Below, piece by piece: positions 24,288 through 24,998 of a stretch of 24,998 nucleotides of DNA (position 1 is the first letter of the stretch; every line of letters begins with the position of its first letter). The notes beneath the pieces are model-generated. The model had not been told where the DNA came from. It saw only the letters and a list, made by a program, of their open reading frames with translations, and did no database searches. Origin of the DNA: a virus. Its lineage: Duplodnaviria; Caudoviricetes. The stretch is from IMG/VR virus record IMGVR_UViG_3300032163_000097, positions 1 to 24,998 of that record; one strand, given 5' to 3'. The translations under genes and the position numbers were made by a program.

Positions 24288-24998
24288 CTAAAAAAGAGGA
24301 GATATTCAATAAATTCCTTAAGGAGTATCTTTCTCTAGGAATTGCTAGCGTCGCTGCACAAAAACTCGCGGAGGAGATGACCGGACGGGCGATTAATGAA
24401 CTCCGCGTTCTTGTTCTCGATCCTATATCGGGCGGACCGACTTCGTGGAACTGGCAGGATATTGTACCCAACGTTGATACAATACCGAATGGCGGACCCG
24501 CTTCTTGGGCGTGGACTCTCTTCTCTGGAAGTCTTACTACTCCCATCGGTGATCCTTTGGGATGGGATTGGGGGCAGATTTCTGGGACACATTCCGATAT
24601 AGCCCACGCAGATAGTGGGCATAGCGATATCCATTCAGATATATTGCATTCGGATGCTGGGCATTCCGACAGTCACTCTGATATCTCACATTCAGATGCA
24701 ACCCACTCTAATATAGTTTACTCTGACTCACATTCAGATGCAACCCACTCTAATATAGTTCATTCCGATACGTTACATTCCGACGCGGGACCAGATGTTC
24801 ATAGCAATACCCATAGTGATGTATTACATTCCGACGCCGGTCCTGATATACATAGCGATGTCGCTCACACGGAGCACGCGGAGGGCACGCATCAAGATGT
24901 TCCACACTCGGATATAACCCATTCTAATATTTCTCACGCAGATATCCATTCTGATATTTATCACTCTAATATAGCTCATTCTGATGCTGCTCATTCGG
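24284..24998 (+). CDS. His-Ser-Asp repeat protein (partial, runs off the window); not in the ORF track
   Basis: GTG overlaps the fibre stop; frame open to the end: MTKKEEIFNKFLKEYLSLG...GQISGT-HSDIA-HADSG-HSDI-HSDIL-HSDAG-HSDS... Confidence 0.85.
   Translation, partial: MTKKEEIFNKFLKEYLSLGIASVAAQKLAEEMTGRAINELRVLVLDPISGGPTSWNWQDIVPNVDTIPNGGPASWAWTLFSGSLTTPIGDPLGWDWGQISGTHSDIAHADSGHSDIHSDILHSDAGHSDSHSDISHSDATHSNIVYSDSHSDATHSNIVHSDTLHSDAGPDVHSNTHSDVLHSDAGPDIHSDVAHTEHAEGTHQDVPHSDITHSNISHADIHSDIYHSNIAHSDAAHS
24685..24760 (+). repeat. 34-bp exact direct repeat (42-nt period) in the HSD array
   Basis: CTCACATTCAGATGCAACCCACTCTAATATAGTT at 24685-24718 and 24727-24760. Confidence 0.9.

Noticed and set aside
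24148-24634. Short ORF-track calls near the right end on both strands
   Set aside because: They overlap the open HSD-repeat frame starting at 24284, which the track missed because it has no stop in the window.

Overview
A single co-oriented (+ strand) virion morphogenesis module of a head-tail (Caudoviricetes, HK97-fold) virus or provirus, most likely of an archaeon. Gene order: portal, MuF-like head protein, HK97 gp10-like protein, small Zn-finger and membrane proteins, fibre/decoration-like and LamG proteins, JAB/MPN protein, prohead protease, acidic scaffold, cement protein, major capsid protein (MCP), neck proteins, papain-like peptidase, tail tube, tail chaperone with a -1 slippery site, a very short tape measure, hub, two Dit-like paralogs, tail fibre, and a His-Ser-Asp repeat protein running off the end. 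Two free-standing NUMOD3-type endonuclease genes are inserted. Main discovery: the MCP gene (14464-15558) is split by five tiny (24-41 nt) hairpin introns, each in an archaeal bulge-helix-bulge (BHB) splice motif. Cutting at the canonical BHB positions removes two frameshifts and a stop codon and gives a clean 309-aa HK97-fold MCP, so the 305-aa ORF-track protein is an artefact. Other notable signals: a JAB protein whose N-terminus copies the spliced MCP N-arm, a strongly enriched [S/T]-G-S motif restricted to outer virion proteins, a candidate structured ncRNA with complementary loops, and a 25-bp repeat flanking a methyltransferase remnant. All product calls come from motif recognition and gene order by eye; no searches were run.
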